NCBI GenBank assembly: GCA_016198745.1
Contig: JACQHZ010000177.1
Location: forward strand, 1 to 22,203
DNA from: Verrucomicrobiota bacterium
GTDB taxonomy: Bacteria; Verrucomicrobiota; Verrucomicrobiia; JABWAM01
Length of the DNA stretch: 22,203 nt
Direction: 5' to 3'
In this document: positions 8,501-17,879 of the stretch, one piece after another
Position numbering within the stretch: position 1 is the first letter of the stretch
Layout of the letters: every line of letters begins with the position of its first letter
Notes under the pieces: model-generated
The model's input: the letters and a program-made list of their open reading frames with translations, nothing else
What the model was told of the DNA's origin: nothing
Database searches by the model: none
Program-made: the position numbers and the translations under genes

Positions 8501-10351
8501 TCACTTTGTCTTCTTCCGTTTATAGTTGGCCAGCGCCAAACCCAGCACCACCACACACAGGGGCATAACGGTGATGTTCAGCCATTTCAGACGGTTCTCC
8601 AGGGAATCTATATCGCGGCGCAAATCCTTGCGCACCTGTTTAAGCTCAAGCTTGACCTGGGTTTCCTGCTGGCGAAACCGTGTGATCTCCGCCTGCTGTT
8701 CAGGGGAGAGAATGAAACGCTGCCCTTGCTGCTTGTTCTTCTCCAATTCACCGAGGCGCTGACGCGTGGTCGAGAGGCTTTCCTCAAGTTCTTTGATTTT
8801 CGTCCGGTAATTGGCTTCCGCCATCGCTTGCATTTGCTTAACCACGATGAAAGGACGGTTCATTGTTGCGCGACTGCGGACTCCGATCAGATTGTTATCT
8901 CCTGCCATCTGTTCGACCAGGCTTTGGGCAAAACTCAAGTTGCCATTCAAGGGCTGAAGGATTTTCTGTCCAAAAATGTTGTGAACCTGCACACAGAGCG
9001 GGTCGAACAATAGGTCGCTGTCACCAACCAGGACCACGGTGGCAGGCGCGGCGGATTCCTTGACTGCCGGCTTGGTTTTGTCACCGGGATTGCCCTCTGG
9101 GAAAGCGGTGTTGAACTTTCCGGTCAATCGCAAAGCGAGGGTGTATTCTTTGCCCGAAGAAACAAAGTCGCGAATCGTTCGCTCGGAGCTCATCTCGGCC
9201 ATCATGGCAGCGACGAGTTGGGATTCCGTTGTCGTTTTCAACAGAACGGTTTGCTTGAGTCCCTTCATGGGTGTTCCCGTGAACACACCGGCGAAAGCCA
9301 ATAGCACATTGTCCACCTGGCTTGTCACAACATCGTCGGTGTTGATGCTTTTGGATGTCAGCGAGAGGACGCTGGGAACCGTCTCTGTCCCTCCACCCCG
9401 GTTAAGCTGGGTCACCAGATTCATGTCAGCGACCACCTTCTGAGGGTCAAATTCAATTCCCCATGCCTTCAGAAGTTTGCCGAGTGTTGCCCCGCTCCCC
9501 GGCGGACGCTGAAATGGGGCGCTCTTCTCCGCAATCGGGAGAGGATCCAGGAAGGCAATCAGCTTGCCGCCGCGCAGGATGAATTGGTCAAGAGCAAACT
9601 GGGTTTTCTCGGAAATATCCTTTGGACAGATCGCCACCAATACTTTGATGCTCTCGTCAATCTGTTCCACCGTTGGCTCCACCTGCCTGACGTCGAAATC
9701 ATTCTTGAGCTCGTTGATAAAAGTCCACGGCGCTTGGGATCGTGGCTGCTGTCCCGGCGGCATATAATTCATGTTCATGGATACGCCGAAGACAGGCAGG
9801 CTGCTCATGACACCGATGATGGGTTTTTCGGGACGAACTGCGCGTGAGATGGCTCGGGAAATTTCGTATTCGAGAAGCCGCTCGCGTTCCGGCGCGAGAA
9901 AGGGGATGGCCACCTTGGCGTCCAGGCAGGTGACGGAAAGCCCCAAGTAAATCCGATCTTCCATGTTGACCGACTGCCCATCAACTCCATCGAGACGGGC
10001 TGAATCCTCGGCGTCGGAATCCGGTTGTGGATCGAGCTTCTCGACTTCAATCATGCCCTTGCCAGCCTGGCGGTATTCGGCCAGCAGGTCCTCGACACGC
10101 TGGGCATAATTTTTCAAAAAGACCGGCAGGGCATTGCCTGCCCGGCTGCAATAAAAGCGGAGCTTGATCGGAGTATCGAGTTTGGCCAATATCGCCCGCG
10201 TTCCTGGTGAAAGGGTGTAAAGTTTTTCGGAGGTGAGGTCAACCCGTGCTTTGGCTAAGCTGGCGATCACGTTGACGGCAATGACAATGACCAGCATCAC
10301 CGCCACGCCGGTCAGCGAGTAGAAAAGCATTTCAAGTTGTTTTTTCTTCAT
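8501..10351 (-). CDS. GldG-like ABC-transporter auxiliary component (ABC_transp_aux family), N- and C-terminal TM helices
   Basis: 616 aa. N-terminal TM MLFYSLTGVAVMLVIVIAVNVIA, C-terminal TM ITVMPLCVVVLGLALA after a coiled coil, large periplasmic middle. The architecture and neighbourhood (ABC ATPase + ABC-2 permease upstream, DUF4340 downstream) match the GldA/F/G-type cluster. Confidence 0.7.
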   Translation of the reverse strand: MKKKQLEMLFYSLTGVAVMLVIVIAVNVIASLAKARVDLTSEKLYTLSPGTRAILAKLDTPIKLRFYCSRAGNALPVFLKNYAQRVEDLLAEYRQAGKGMIEVEKLDPQPDSDAEDSARLDGVDGQSVNMEDRIYLGLSVTCLDAKVAIPFLAPERERLLEYEISRAISRAVRPEKPIIGVMSSLPVFGVSMNMNYMPPGQQPRSQAPWTFINELKNDFDVRQVEPTVEQIDESIKVLVAICPKDISEKTQFALDQFILRGGKLIAFLDPLPIAEKSAPFQRPPGSGATLGKLLKAWGIEFDPQKVVADMNLVTQLNRGGGTETVPSVLSLTSKSINTDDVVTSQVDNVLLAFAGVFTGTPMKGLKQTVLLKTTTESQLVAAMMAEMSSERTIRDFVSSGKEYTLALRLTGKFNTAFPEGNPGDKTKPAVKESAAPATVVLVGDSDLLFDPLCVQVHNIFGQKILQPLNGNLSFAQSLVEQMAGDNNLIGVRSRATMNRPFIVVKQMQAMAEANYRTKIKELEESLSTTRQRLGELEKNKQQGQRFILSPEQQAEITRFRQQETQVKLELKQVRKDLRRDIDSLENRLKWLNITVMPLCVVVLGLALANYKRKKTK

Positions 10352-10369
10352 AGTCTAAAAGGATGGAAT

Positions 10370-11131
10370 TCAACCGGCCCGTCGCGATCGAATAATGACA
10401 CCCGTTGTGAAGAGTCCAAAGCTGGCGATGGACAGGAAGAAGAGGATGTCTCTTGTATCCAGTACGCCGCGCTGGAACCCTTCAAAATGGGTCATCACAC
10501 TACAGGCGGCAACGGTATCAACCAACCAGGTGGACCCGGATAGCAGTCGCGTCAGAAAATCCGTGACCGGGGGCCAGCCGGCGAGAATCAGGAACAAACA
10601 GATCACCACGGACAAAATGAAACTGATGACTTGGTTGCGGGTAATCGCCGATGTCATTGAACTCACTCCCAAGTAGGAACCTCCCAGGAGCAGACTGCCC
10701 ACATAGCCGCTGAGGATCACTCCATTGTCGGGGCGCCCCAGATAGTTTACGGTGAGGATGAGAGGAAACGTCAATATTAAGGTCAGCGCCAAAAACAACC
10801 ACGCCGCCAGGAACTTGGCGACGATGGCCTGCCATGCCGTTACCGGCATTGTCAGCAGGAGTTCGATGGTCCCCATGCGTTTTTCTTCCGCCCAGAGGCG
10901 CATTCCCAGCGCAGGCAGGAAGAAAAGGTAAAGCCACGGGTGCCAAATGAAAAAGGAAGTCAGCGAGGCCTCACCGCGTTCAAAGAATCCCCCCACCATG
11001 AACGTGAAGAATCCGACGAGCAGAAGAAAAATCACAATGAACACATACGCCACCGGCGACGCAAAATAACCCGCCAGTTCCCGTTTGATTATCGTGCGGA
11101 TGGGTCCCCAACTGGAAGTGATGGTCTTCAT
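10370..11131 (-). CDS. ABC-2 family transporter permease (GldF-like), ~6 TM segments
   Basis: 253 aa, highly hydrophobic with multiple predicted TM helices. 4-bp overlap with the upstream ATPase gene (11128-11131). Confidence 0.75.
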   Translation of the reverse strand: MKTITSSWGPIRTIIKRELAGYFASPVAYVFIVIFLLLVGFFTFMVGGFFERGEASLTSFFIWHPWLYLFFLPALGMRLWAEEKRMGTIELLLTMPVTAWQAIVAKFLAAWLFLALTLILTFPLILTVNYLGRPDNGVILSGYVGSLLLGGSYLGVSSMTSAITRNQVISFILSVVICLFLILAGWPPVTDFLTRLLSGSTWLVDTVAACSVMTHFEGFQRGVLDTRDILFFLSIASFGLFTTGVIIRSRRAG

Positions 11132-12093
11132 GATGATTTCTCCGTTGCGGTTTCAGACAAGGTAATGCTGCGGAACACGTCGTCGAGGCGGCCTTCTTCA
11201 CAGCGCAGTTCCTCGATTTTCCATTGTTCGCGGGTTGCGAGTTCATATATGCCGAGACCCAACTCTCCCTCCTTGCCGTTCGGTTTTGGAAACACCCGCA
11301 CGCTCGCGACCGGCGCAGGCGCTTCAAGGATTGTTGTTTTGGCGACCAGCGGTAATTGGGTCAGCTTCGTGTTGGCCACTGCGGTGGAAACGCCGGTCAG
11401 TCGCACCGTGATGGCCCCAGCGGTTTCCGAGCGGTTCTTCAACTCCTGTGGTGTCCCGTTGGCCACAATGCGCCCGCGATCAATGATGATGGCGCGGGAA
11501 CAGACGGCCTCGACTTCTTCCAGAATGTGGGTTGAAAAAATGATCGCCTTTTCCTCGCCCATTCGACGGATCAATGCGCGAATCTCATGTTTCTGATTGG
11601 GATCAAGGCCGTCGGTGGGTTCGTCCATGATAAGAATGTCCGGATCATGGATGATTGCCTGGGCGAAGCAGGTCCGGTGGCGGAACCCCTTGGAGAGTGT
11701 CTCGATGCTTTGGTGAAGGACCGTTTTAAGCGAGCACATCTCGACCACACGGTCCACCGCCTGCTGTGTGCGGTTGCCGCGCATACCCCGCAATTCGGCT
11801 GCAAATTGGAGGAACTCGGAGACGGTCATATCGGTGTAGGCGGGGGCATTCTCGGGCAGATAACCAATCATGCGCTTGCAAATGATCGGTTTTTCCGCCA
11901 TATCCTCGCCGCCGATGGTGACGGACCCCGAAGAGGGGGGGATAAAACCGGTGATCATTCGCATGGTGGTGGATTTGCCTGCCCCGTTTGGCCCAAGGAA
12001 CCCAAGAATCTCACCCCGCTCGACGGAAAACGACAGGCCATTCACCGCCGCGATTGGGCCAAAGGATTTACAGAGATTTTGAACTTTTATCAT
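11128..12093 (-). CDS. ABC transporter ATP-binding protein (GldA-like) with C-terminal extension
   Basis: Walker A GPNGAGKST, Q-loop, signature LSKGFRHR (LSGGQ variant), Walker B ILIMDEPTDGLD, H-loop STHILEE. ~90-aa C-terminal extension typical of GldA-type ATPases. Confidence 0.85.
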   Translation of the reverse strand: MIKVQNLCKSFGPIAAVNGLSFSVERGEILGFLGPNGAGKSTTMRMITGFIPPSSGSVTIGGEDMAEKPIICKRMIGYLPENAPAYTDMTVSEFLQFAAELRGMRGNRTQQAVDRVVEMCSLKTVLHQSIETLSKGFRHRTCFAQAIIHDPDILIMDEPTDGLDPNQKHEIRALIRRMGEEKAIIFSTHILEEVEAVCSRAIIIDRGRIVANGTPQELKNRSETAGAITVRLTGVSTAVANTKLTQLPLVAKTTILEAPAPVASVRVFPKPNGKEGELGLGIYELATREQWKIEELRCEEGRLDDVFRSITLSETATEKSS

Positions 12094-12147
12094 GGTTTGT
12101 CGTGGTTGATTTCATGAAGTGGAATACAAGTAACCAGAATGAAGAAG

Positions 12148-15100
12148 TCAGGATGATGGACGGCGGCGGGATGGCTTGGATGCCTGCCCCTTGAGTTGAT
12201 TGAGGAGTTCCTGATAATTTCGCAGCATGAGGTCAACTTCGGCGCGGAGTTGCTGCAGTTGCGTCGTGGTGAGGCGGTCGGTGGCGAGGCTGTTCTCCAT
12301 CCACGCCTGCATGACCTGGAACTGGCGCTGAATGATGTTGGTGAAAACTTCCGGCACGCTGTAACGCACCTCGATCTGGTAGCCGGGTGGTCCGCTTTCG
12401 CCGGGAGCTTGCATCGGCGGTTCGGAAGGGGCAGGCGCAATGTCCGCGGACACGGAGGCCGGCTCCGTCGCAGCGGGGGGGTGATGGGGCAGGGCGGAGG
12501 CGACTGCCGGCGTCGCCGTGGAGGCCGGTTGTTGCCGCCAATCGTCCAAAAACTTGCGAACCACATCGAGCGTGTCAGTGGAGATGGAGGTTTCGATCTG
12601 CCGCGGCCCGGTCGCCGATTGCATTTGCTCCACGGTCGTTCGCGTCTGCCGCGCCAATCCTTCGGTCACGCTGTTTTTGATCGCCTCCAGCCCCTCGCGA
12701 AACGCGGCAAGTTGAACAACCACCTTGCCCACCGGATCGCCGGGGTCGGCCTCGGCAAAGAGCTGCTTCCGTTTGTAGGTGGACGTGATCTCGGTCCATC
12801 GTTCTTTTTCCTTTTCCGTCTGCGCGCCAAACATTTCCTTGAACTTGAGCAGGTTCGCTTCGGCGCCGGTGGCGAGGGTCTGCGCCTCGTTCTTGTAGTG
12901 ATCGTCAAGCAGATTGCGAATCTCCTCCTCGTTCATGATGGGGACGACCTTTTCCGCCAGACGATTCATGTTGCGGTAGGACCCTTGCAGCTTGAACGCG
13001 GGCTCCGTCCGGTAGGCATCGGCCTGGGCCGCGGAACGGATGTATTCCTGGTTGACCCGCAAGACCACGTCGCGGATTCGCAACAGGGATTTCATCACCG
13101 CCACCATCTCGCCGACCTCCTCTGGCGAATAGCTGCCCTCGAACTCGATTCCCTCGGCGGAACCCGTTTCCGCATAGCGAACGATCGCGAATACATCCTT
13201 CTGATTCTTGACGCTGAGCCGCTGAAGATAGGGATTCGAGGTGATCGCGTTTTCCAGGCAGCTCATTCGGAAGACAGCCTCCTGGTTGCCGATGATATCG
13301 CCGAGGTTGTAGGTGTCGGCGCGGTTGGCCAGCATGTCCGGAATCTTGAACTTCTCGCCGCTCTCGGTGTAGGGGTTGCCGGCCATCACCACCGCCACCT
13401 TTCGTCCCCGCAAATCGTAGGTGCGCGGCGCGCCCTGATAAACGCCTTCGATCCGGCGCTGGGCGTCGCAAAGGGAGATGAATTTCTGCAGAAACTCCGG
13501 GTTGCAATGTTGGATGTCGTCCAGGCAGATCATGACGTTGTCGCCCATTTCCAGCGCCAGGTTGAGCTTGGCCACCTCCTCGCGAGCGGTGGCATTGGGC
13601 GCCTCGGCGGGATCGAGCGAAGTCACGTTGTGGCCGAGGGCGGGGCCGTTGATTTTCATGAAGACAAGCCCCAAGCGATTGGCCACGTACTCGACCAGGG
13701 TGGTCTTGCCATAGCCCGGCGGCGAAATCAACAGAAGCAGCCCCATGCGATCGGTGCGCTTGTCGGCGCCCGCCACGCCGATCTGCTTGGCCAGGTTGGC
13801 GCCGATGAGCGGCAGGTAGGATTGGTCAATCAATTGGTTGCGCACAAACGTCGTGAGCACGCGCGCCTTGAAATCGTTCAAGCGCAACGCCTCGCGTTTT
13901 CGGTCCATGAGACTCTTCTTGATCCCGCTGTAACGTTCGAAAGCGGCGGCACGCTCGCGAATGAACCGCCGCAGCTTCGCGATGAAGGCATGGTAATGGA
14001 AGGCGTAGGCACGGTCCTTCAGCGCCGCGTGATTGCCCATAAAATCGGCGAGCTTGGCCTTGACGCTCACCTCGACCACCTGGGAAGGGTCGAAGGCGTT
14101 GTAAAACAACAGGGCGGCCGCCTCCTCCACGAACTCCGGATCGTGTCCGCCGTTCCGGGAAACAAAAGCGCCCAACCAGTCCATGATCACGTCAAAGCCG
14201 GCCAAACGGTCGCCCTTCACCGAATCGCGCGCGTTCTCGAAGGGACCCTGAAACAATTTTATTCGCAAATGATCGTCGAAATCCTTCAGGATCGTCGCCG
14301 CCTCCTGGCTGATGACAAACCGCTCCCGGCTGACGAATTCATGGAACAGGTATTCGGCTGCGTCGTCCACGATCTCGGCGGAAAACAACCTGCTCCGTTG
14401 GACAAAGCCGCCCACGAGTTCCCGTAACTCGGCCAGGTACGCCTCCTGTCTTTCACCACCCGGAAAAAGCCCGCTCAACGCGCCGAGGCTCTTGAGCTTG
14501 GCCTGGATCACCTCCCGACGGGCGGCATCCGGGCATTCGTTCCAAGCCAGGCGGGCGCAAGCGCGCGCGCGTGGGTGATAGCGCAGCAACCCGATTGCCG
14601 CATGCGTCCCCGCCAGCGCCCGCAGGATTGCCGCCGCATCCGGATCGTGAACCCCCTTGACATAACCTTCGGCATAACGCGACGCCATGAATGCGCGAAC
14701 CAATTCGACCCGCTGCTCGTCGGTCATCTTCATGATCTCCGTGAGCGGCTTGCTCCGTCCGGCGAGGCTTTCCTGGAACAGCACGTAGGCCAGGTATTCC
14801 GATCGGTAAACCTCGCGGTCCTCGGAAACAACCTCCTGATCCCATACGGCGCGGGTGGCAAGAAAATCCGGCTCCTGGATTTTCTCGAAATAGTTGGTGC
14901 CGGCCAGGTGATAAAACATCTCGCCGTCGCGCGGGACGACGGTGAGGTCCAGCGGCTGGGTGTTGACCGAAAATTTGTGCGGACCGAACTGGATGATGCT
15001 CTTGCCGTCCACGAACAATTCGAGGCGGTCCTTGAGCTGCTGGACGGCGCTTTCGCGGATGCTCTTGAGACGGTTCTGGATTTCGTCCGCCTTGACCGTG

Positions 15101-17544
15101 TCCTCCAGTTCCACGAGCTGCGCCACGATCTCCCGGACCTTTTCCACCATCAGGTCCGAGGCGAAATAGCTGTTGATCTCGTTGAGATTGTTGAACGCCT
15201 CGGCGCGATTTTTTACGCCGTTCAGGATGCGGTCGGCGGTGGCCAGAAAAACGCCGGCCCGTTTGTTGCGCGCCTCCACGAGCTGCAGTTTTTTCGCGGA
15301 CAGCGCGTTGTAAATCTCCTCGCGCTTGGCTGCGAGCTTCTGAAGGTGCTCCTCGAAATCGGCGAAGCGCCCCTCGATTTCCTCGATCTGCACCATCAGT
15401 TTGGTCAGGCACTCATCGCATTTCTTCGCGGTGTCGCACAAATCGAGATAATTGGCCGCCGCCTGGTCGAGCAGTTTGACCTGCGCGCCGAACTGGGCTT
15501 CCCCTTCCACGCCAAGCAGTTCTTTTTTCCGCGTCTTGAGCGATGCCTTGGCCTGGTTGAGCGTGGCGTAGATGGCGGAAATGTTTTCGATGATGCGCGT
15601 GGTTTCGGTGGAATCTTCGATCTTGAGGTTGCCGACGATCTCCACCAGCATCTCCAATTCTTTGGAACAGGCGGCGAGTTCCTCCTCCAGCCTGGCGGCC
15701 TCGGTCACTTTCTTGAGATGCTCGACCGCGCCGCGCTGTTTCCCGACCCTCTGCTGGTAGGGTTGGAGCGCCTCCGGTTTCAGCAGGAACTCGACGCACA
15801 GCTTCGAAAGCCGATCCAGGTGTTCGGCCGCCTCCTTTTCGAGACCGTCCACCGCCGGCGCGTCAATGTAGCGCAACTCCTTCAGCGAGATGATCTCGCC
15901 CCGCACCGCGCGCAGGGCAGTCAGACATCCCACGAAGGCATCGATGGATTTGAGGTTGGTGTAATCGATTCCCCCGATCAGGTCCGCCGTCTTCTGTTTG
16001 ACGCGGCCGAGTTCCCCCGCCGTGTTGCGGCGGATGTTGGCGACCTTTTCGAACTCGTCAATGGCGGCGGTCGCCGCATTTTTGATCTCGACCAGGGCTT
16101 CCCGAAGATTGAATGCGTTGGAATCCCCCAACCAAAAATAGGCGTCCGTGATGTCGGTGGCCTTCTTGACAAGGTCCACGTAGAGGTCGCCGTAAGTGTC
16201 CTGCTTGGCGATCAGGTTCAACAACTCGTTGCACTCGGCCATGCAGGTGACGATGGGCGCATTGCCGATCTTGAACAGGAAGGAGTCCTTTTTGGCCGAG
16301 GGCGGGGCATTCCGGCTGAGGAACGGCGTCCGCCAGATCTGCAGCGAATGATGGCGGCGCGCCTCTTCGTTGCACTTGAAGCAGATCAACTCGCCGCCCG
16401 CGAACAGGGAATACCCGTTGCAGATGATCGGCGTCTCCGTGCCGCGCTCGATCCGGTTGTACGTCAGCAGGATGTAAACCCCGGTGGACACATTGAAGAA
16501 GACGTAGATGAAATCCTCGCCGTTGGGCGCTTCGTGTCGGGTGTAAAACCGCATGTCGGCCAGGCCGGTCTCGAAGAGCTTGAATTCGCCGGTCTGAAGG
16601 CAATAGCCATTTTGAAAGATGATGCCCTGCTCATCCGGCAGTCGGACGCACGAATCTCCGATCTGATCGATGCGCTTGACCTCGTTCGTCTTTCCATTGA
16701 AAACCAGATAGCGGTATTTTTGCTCCTCGAACGGACGTATTTTCAGCAGGATCAAATTGCCGACGGTCGCAAAGTATATCTCCGCGTCATCCAGCGTCTG
16801 GTCCTTGTTCTCGACCGGCTCCGAGTAGATGCCGTGGCCGGAGGCGGTGTTGTCCTCCACCTTGATGGTCAGATTGCCGTCCAGCGTATCGACAAACACG
16901 CGGTCCTCGATGGAGACGTGCGGGTGCCGCCCCGGACGATGAAGATCACGCGTCGCCCGGTTCCACTCAAACTCCTGCTGCGGCGGAAAACCGGTTTCAT
17001 GATCGAAGCGGTTGCCAAGGTAGTTCACCCCCTTGTCGTCAAGCCGCCATTTGAATGCCTTGATGTCCGAGGCGCTCTTTCCGATTTGAAACACCATGTA
17101 AAAATGAGGCTCGCCCCAGTGGAACCGGCTGAAAACCGTTTCCTTGTAGTAACGGTACAGCTCCTTGAAATCCATTTGGAACGCCTCTGCGTTCAGAATG
17201 TCCAGCGGCAGTTCGTGGAACGCGTGTTCCCGGTATTCGTAAATGCCGAAGACGTCCTCGACTTTGGTCTCCGACCGCAAGCCCATGCTGACATTGTAAC
17301 CGAAGATGAACCGGTTCTTGTTCGCCGGGATCATGTCCCGCGGCACGCAGTTGTTCTTCGTGGCCACGTGTTCGGTGGCCAAAAGCTCGAACTCGATGGC
17401 GCCAAAGACCTCCTTGCGCGCGGCGTTGAGCTGATCGAGGCGCCCGCGCAGTTCCTTGCCTTGCGCGAGCAGGCGATTGCGAAGGATCTCGTACGTCCCG
17501 CTCTCCAGGACGACGTTTGGTGTGACTGCCTTATCTTCGGGCAT
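12148..17544 (-). CDS. Giant (1798 aa) multidomain protein of unknown function with one embedded AAA+ ATPase module of AAA_5/MoxR-McrB type (residues ~1265-1420; nt ~13285-13752)
   Basis: Uninterrupted 5.4-kb ORF. Walker A LLLISPPGYGKTTL (nt ~13699-13740 on the - strand), Walker B VMICLDDIQ, sensor-1-like KVAVVMAGNP followed by IPDMLANRAD (arginine-finger region), then a helical lid. N-terminal ~1260 aa: predicted beta-rich region (~res 200-400), long coiled-coil/helical regions (~res 480-850), additional helical domains. C-terminus: Pro/Ala/Thr/Ser-rich linker (res ~1670-1722) plus a short helical tail. No family I can name with confidence. Confidence 0.6.
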   Translation of the reverse strand: MPEDKAVTPNVVLESGTYEILRNRLLAQGKELRGRLDQLNAARKEVFGAIEFELLATEHVATKNNCVPRDMIPANKNRFIFGYNVSMGLRSETKVEDVFGIYEYREHAFHELPLDILNAEAFQMDFKELYRYYKETVFSRFHWGEPHFYMVFQIGKSASDIKAFKWRLDDKGVNYLGNRFDHETGFPPQQEFEWNRATRDLHRPGRHPHVSIEDRVFVDTLDGNLTIKVEDNTASGHGIYSEPVENKDQTLDDAEIYFATVGNLILLKIRPFEEQKYRYLVFNGKTNEVKRIDQIGDSCVRLPDEQGIIFQNGYCLQTGEFKLFETGLADMRFYTRHEAPNGEDFIYVFFNVSTGVYILLTYNRIERGTETPIICNGYSLFAGGELICFKCNEEARRHHSLQIWRTPFLSRNAPPSAKKDSFLFKIGNAPIVTCMAECNELLNLIAKQDTYGDLYVDLVKKATDITDAYFWLGDSNAFNLREALVEIKNAATAAIDEFEKVANIRRNTAGELGRVKQKTADLIGGIDYTNLKSIDAFVGCLTALRAVRGEIISLKELRYIDAPAVDGLEKEAAEHLDRLSKLCVEFLLKPEALQPYQQRVGKQRGAVEHLKKVTEAARLEEELAACSKELEMLVEIVGNLKIEDSTETTRIIENISAIYATLNQAKASLKTRKKELLGVEGEAQFGAQVKLLDQAAANYLDLCDTAKKCDECLTKLMVQIEEIEGRFADFEEHLQKLAAKREEIYNALSAKKLQLVEARNKRAGVFLATADRILNGVKNRAEAFNNLNEINSYFASDLMVEKVREIVAQLVELEDTVKADEIQNRLKSIRESAVQQLKDRLELFVDGKSIIQFGPHKFSVNTQPLDLTVVPRDGEMFYHLAGTNYFEKIQEPDFLATRAVWDQEVVSEDREVYRSEYLAYVLFQESLAGRSKPLTEIMKMTDEQRVELVRAFMASRYAEGYVKGVHDPDAAAILRALAGTHAAIGLLRYHPRARACARLAWNECPDAARREVIQAKLKSLGALSGLFPGGERQEAYLAELRELVGGFVQRSRLFSAEIVDDAAEYLFHEFVSRERFVISQEAATILKDFDDHLRIKLFQGPFENARDSVKGDRLAGFDVIMDWLGAFVSRNGGHDPEFVEEAAALLFYNAFDPSQVVEVSVKAKLADFMGNHAALKDRAYAFHYHAFIAKLRRFIRERAAAFERYSGIKKSLMDRKREALRLNDFKARVLTTFVRNQLIDQSYLPLIGANLAKQIGVAGADKRTDRMGLLLLISPPGYGKTTLVEYVANRLGLVFMKINGPALGHNVTSLDPAEAPNATAREEVAKLNLALEMGDNVMICLDDIQHCNPEFLQKFISLCDAQRRIEGVYQGAPRTYDLRGRKVAVVMAGNPYTESGEKFKIPDMLANRADTYNLGDIIGNQEAVFRMSCLENAITSNPYLQRLSVKNQKDVFAIVRYAETGSAEGIEFEGSYSPEEVGEMVAVMKSLLRIRDVVLRVNQEYIRSAAQADAYRTEPAFKLQGSYRNMNRLAEKVVPIMNEEEIRNLLDDHYKNEAQTLATGAEANLLKFKEMFGAQTEKEKERWTEITSTYKRKQLFAEADPGDPVGKVVVQLAAFREGLEAIKNSVTEGLARQTRTTVEQMQSATGPRQIETSISTDTLDVVRKFLDDWRQQPASTATPAVASALPHHPPAATEPASVSADIAPAPSEPPMQAPGESGPPGYQIEVRYSVPEVFTNIIQRQFQVMQAWMENSLATDRLTTTQLQQLRAEVDLMLRNYQELLNQLKGQASKPSRRRPSS

Positions 17545-17551
17545 AGCAACT

Positions 17552-17587
17552 GCTCAGGTGTCAGGTTCAGGGTTCAGGGTTCAGGGT
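17552..17587. repeat. Tandem heptamer repeat array, ~5 imperfect copies of GGTTCAG (CCTGAAC on the - strand), in the 5' leader of the giant gene
   Basis: Direct reading: gctcagg tgtcagg ttcagg gttcagg gttcagg gt. Sits 8-43 nt upstream of the giant-gene start codon (17544, - strand). Confidence 0.8.
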
Positions 17588-17820
17588 ATTGCGGCGTGCG
17601 ACAACTTTCCGGTGGTTTTCGTGCTTGGCTAACTCACGCGCCTGTTCGCGGCATGGCAGGCGGGCCAATTGCCACGCCTCAATATCCTCCAATCGTTTGA
17701 CCCGCCTGCCAAGCGGCGGGCAGGTCTTCATATTTGCCCGACCTCTCTCGCCCTCGCCGCTCGCCGTTGCGACGAAACGCTCTGACGTGGTCGGAAAGCC
17801 TCCGGCGTAGTGGGGGACCC

Positions 17821-17867
17821 TTTGAACCACCCTGCATAGGGTGGTGAACCCGGAACCGTGAACCGTA
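17821..17867. repeat. Repeat-family copy plus embedded perfect 7-bp-stem palindrome (ccaccct-gcat-agggtgg) downstream of the flotillin gene
   Basis: tttgaacc-ACCCTGCATAGGGTGG-tgaacc cggaaccgtgaaccgtag: GAACC units flank a hairpin (17827-17844). It lies 13-60 nt 3' of the flotillin stop on the - strand, so it is a possible terminator or REP-like structure. Confidence 0.6.
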
Positions 17868-17879
17868 GTACTCACTCGT

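Noticed and set aside
8449-8556. Upstream extensions of raw ORFs (MWWCWVW... for the DUF4340 gene to 8556; MRDGLL... for flotillin to 20156; MKAMVMV... for the Sel1 gene from 19954; MARFPN... for hxlA from 4338)
   Set aside because: Each extension lacks similarity to the family N-termini, overlaps neighbouring genes or promoters, and in each case an internal ATG gives a canonical N-terminus (signal/TM anchor, membrane hairpin, MKTYLQ of HPS).
12196-17700. Two very long + strand ORFs (12196-14427, 743 aa; 14575-17700, 1041 aa) antisense to the giant gene
   Set aside because: Their translations are Arg/Gly/Leu-rich low-complexity strings with no motifs. Stop-free antisense frames are expected opposite a high-GC gene with strong codon bias. 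The sense-strand protein has coherent AAA+ motifs and domain structure.
17567-17875. 102-aa ORF on the - strand within the flotillin/giant-gene spacer (contains a 54-aa Lys/Arg-rich sub-ORF MKTCPPLGRRVKRLEDIEAWQLARL...)
   Set aside because: It lies wholly in a repeat- and hairpin-rich intergenic region, has no recognisable motif, and begins inside the heptamer repeat array. It could be a small basic protein or leader peptide, but there is no positive evidence.
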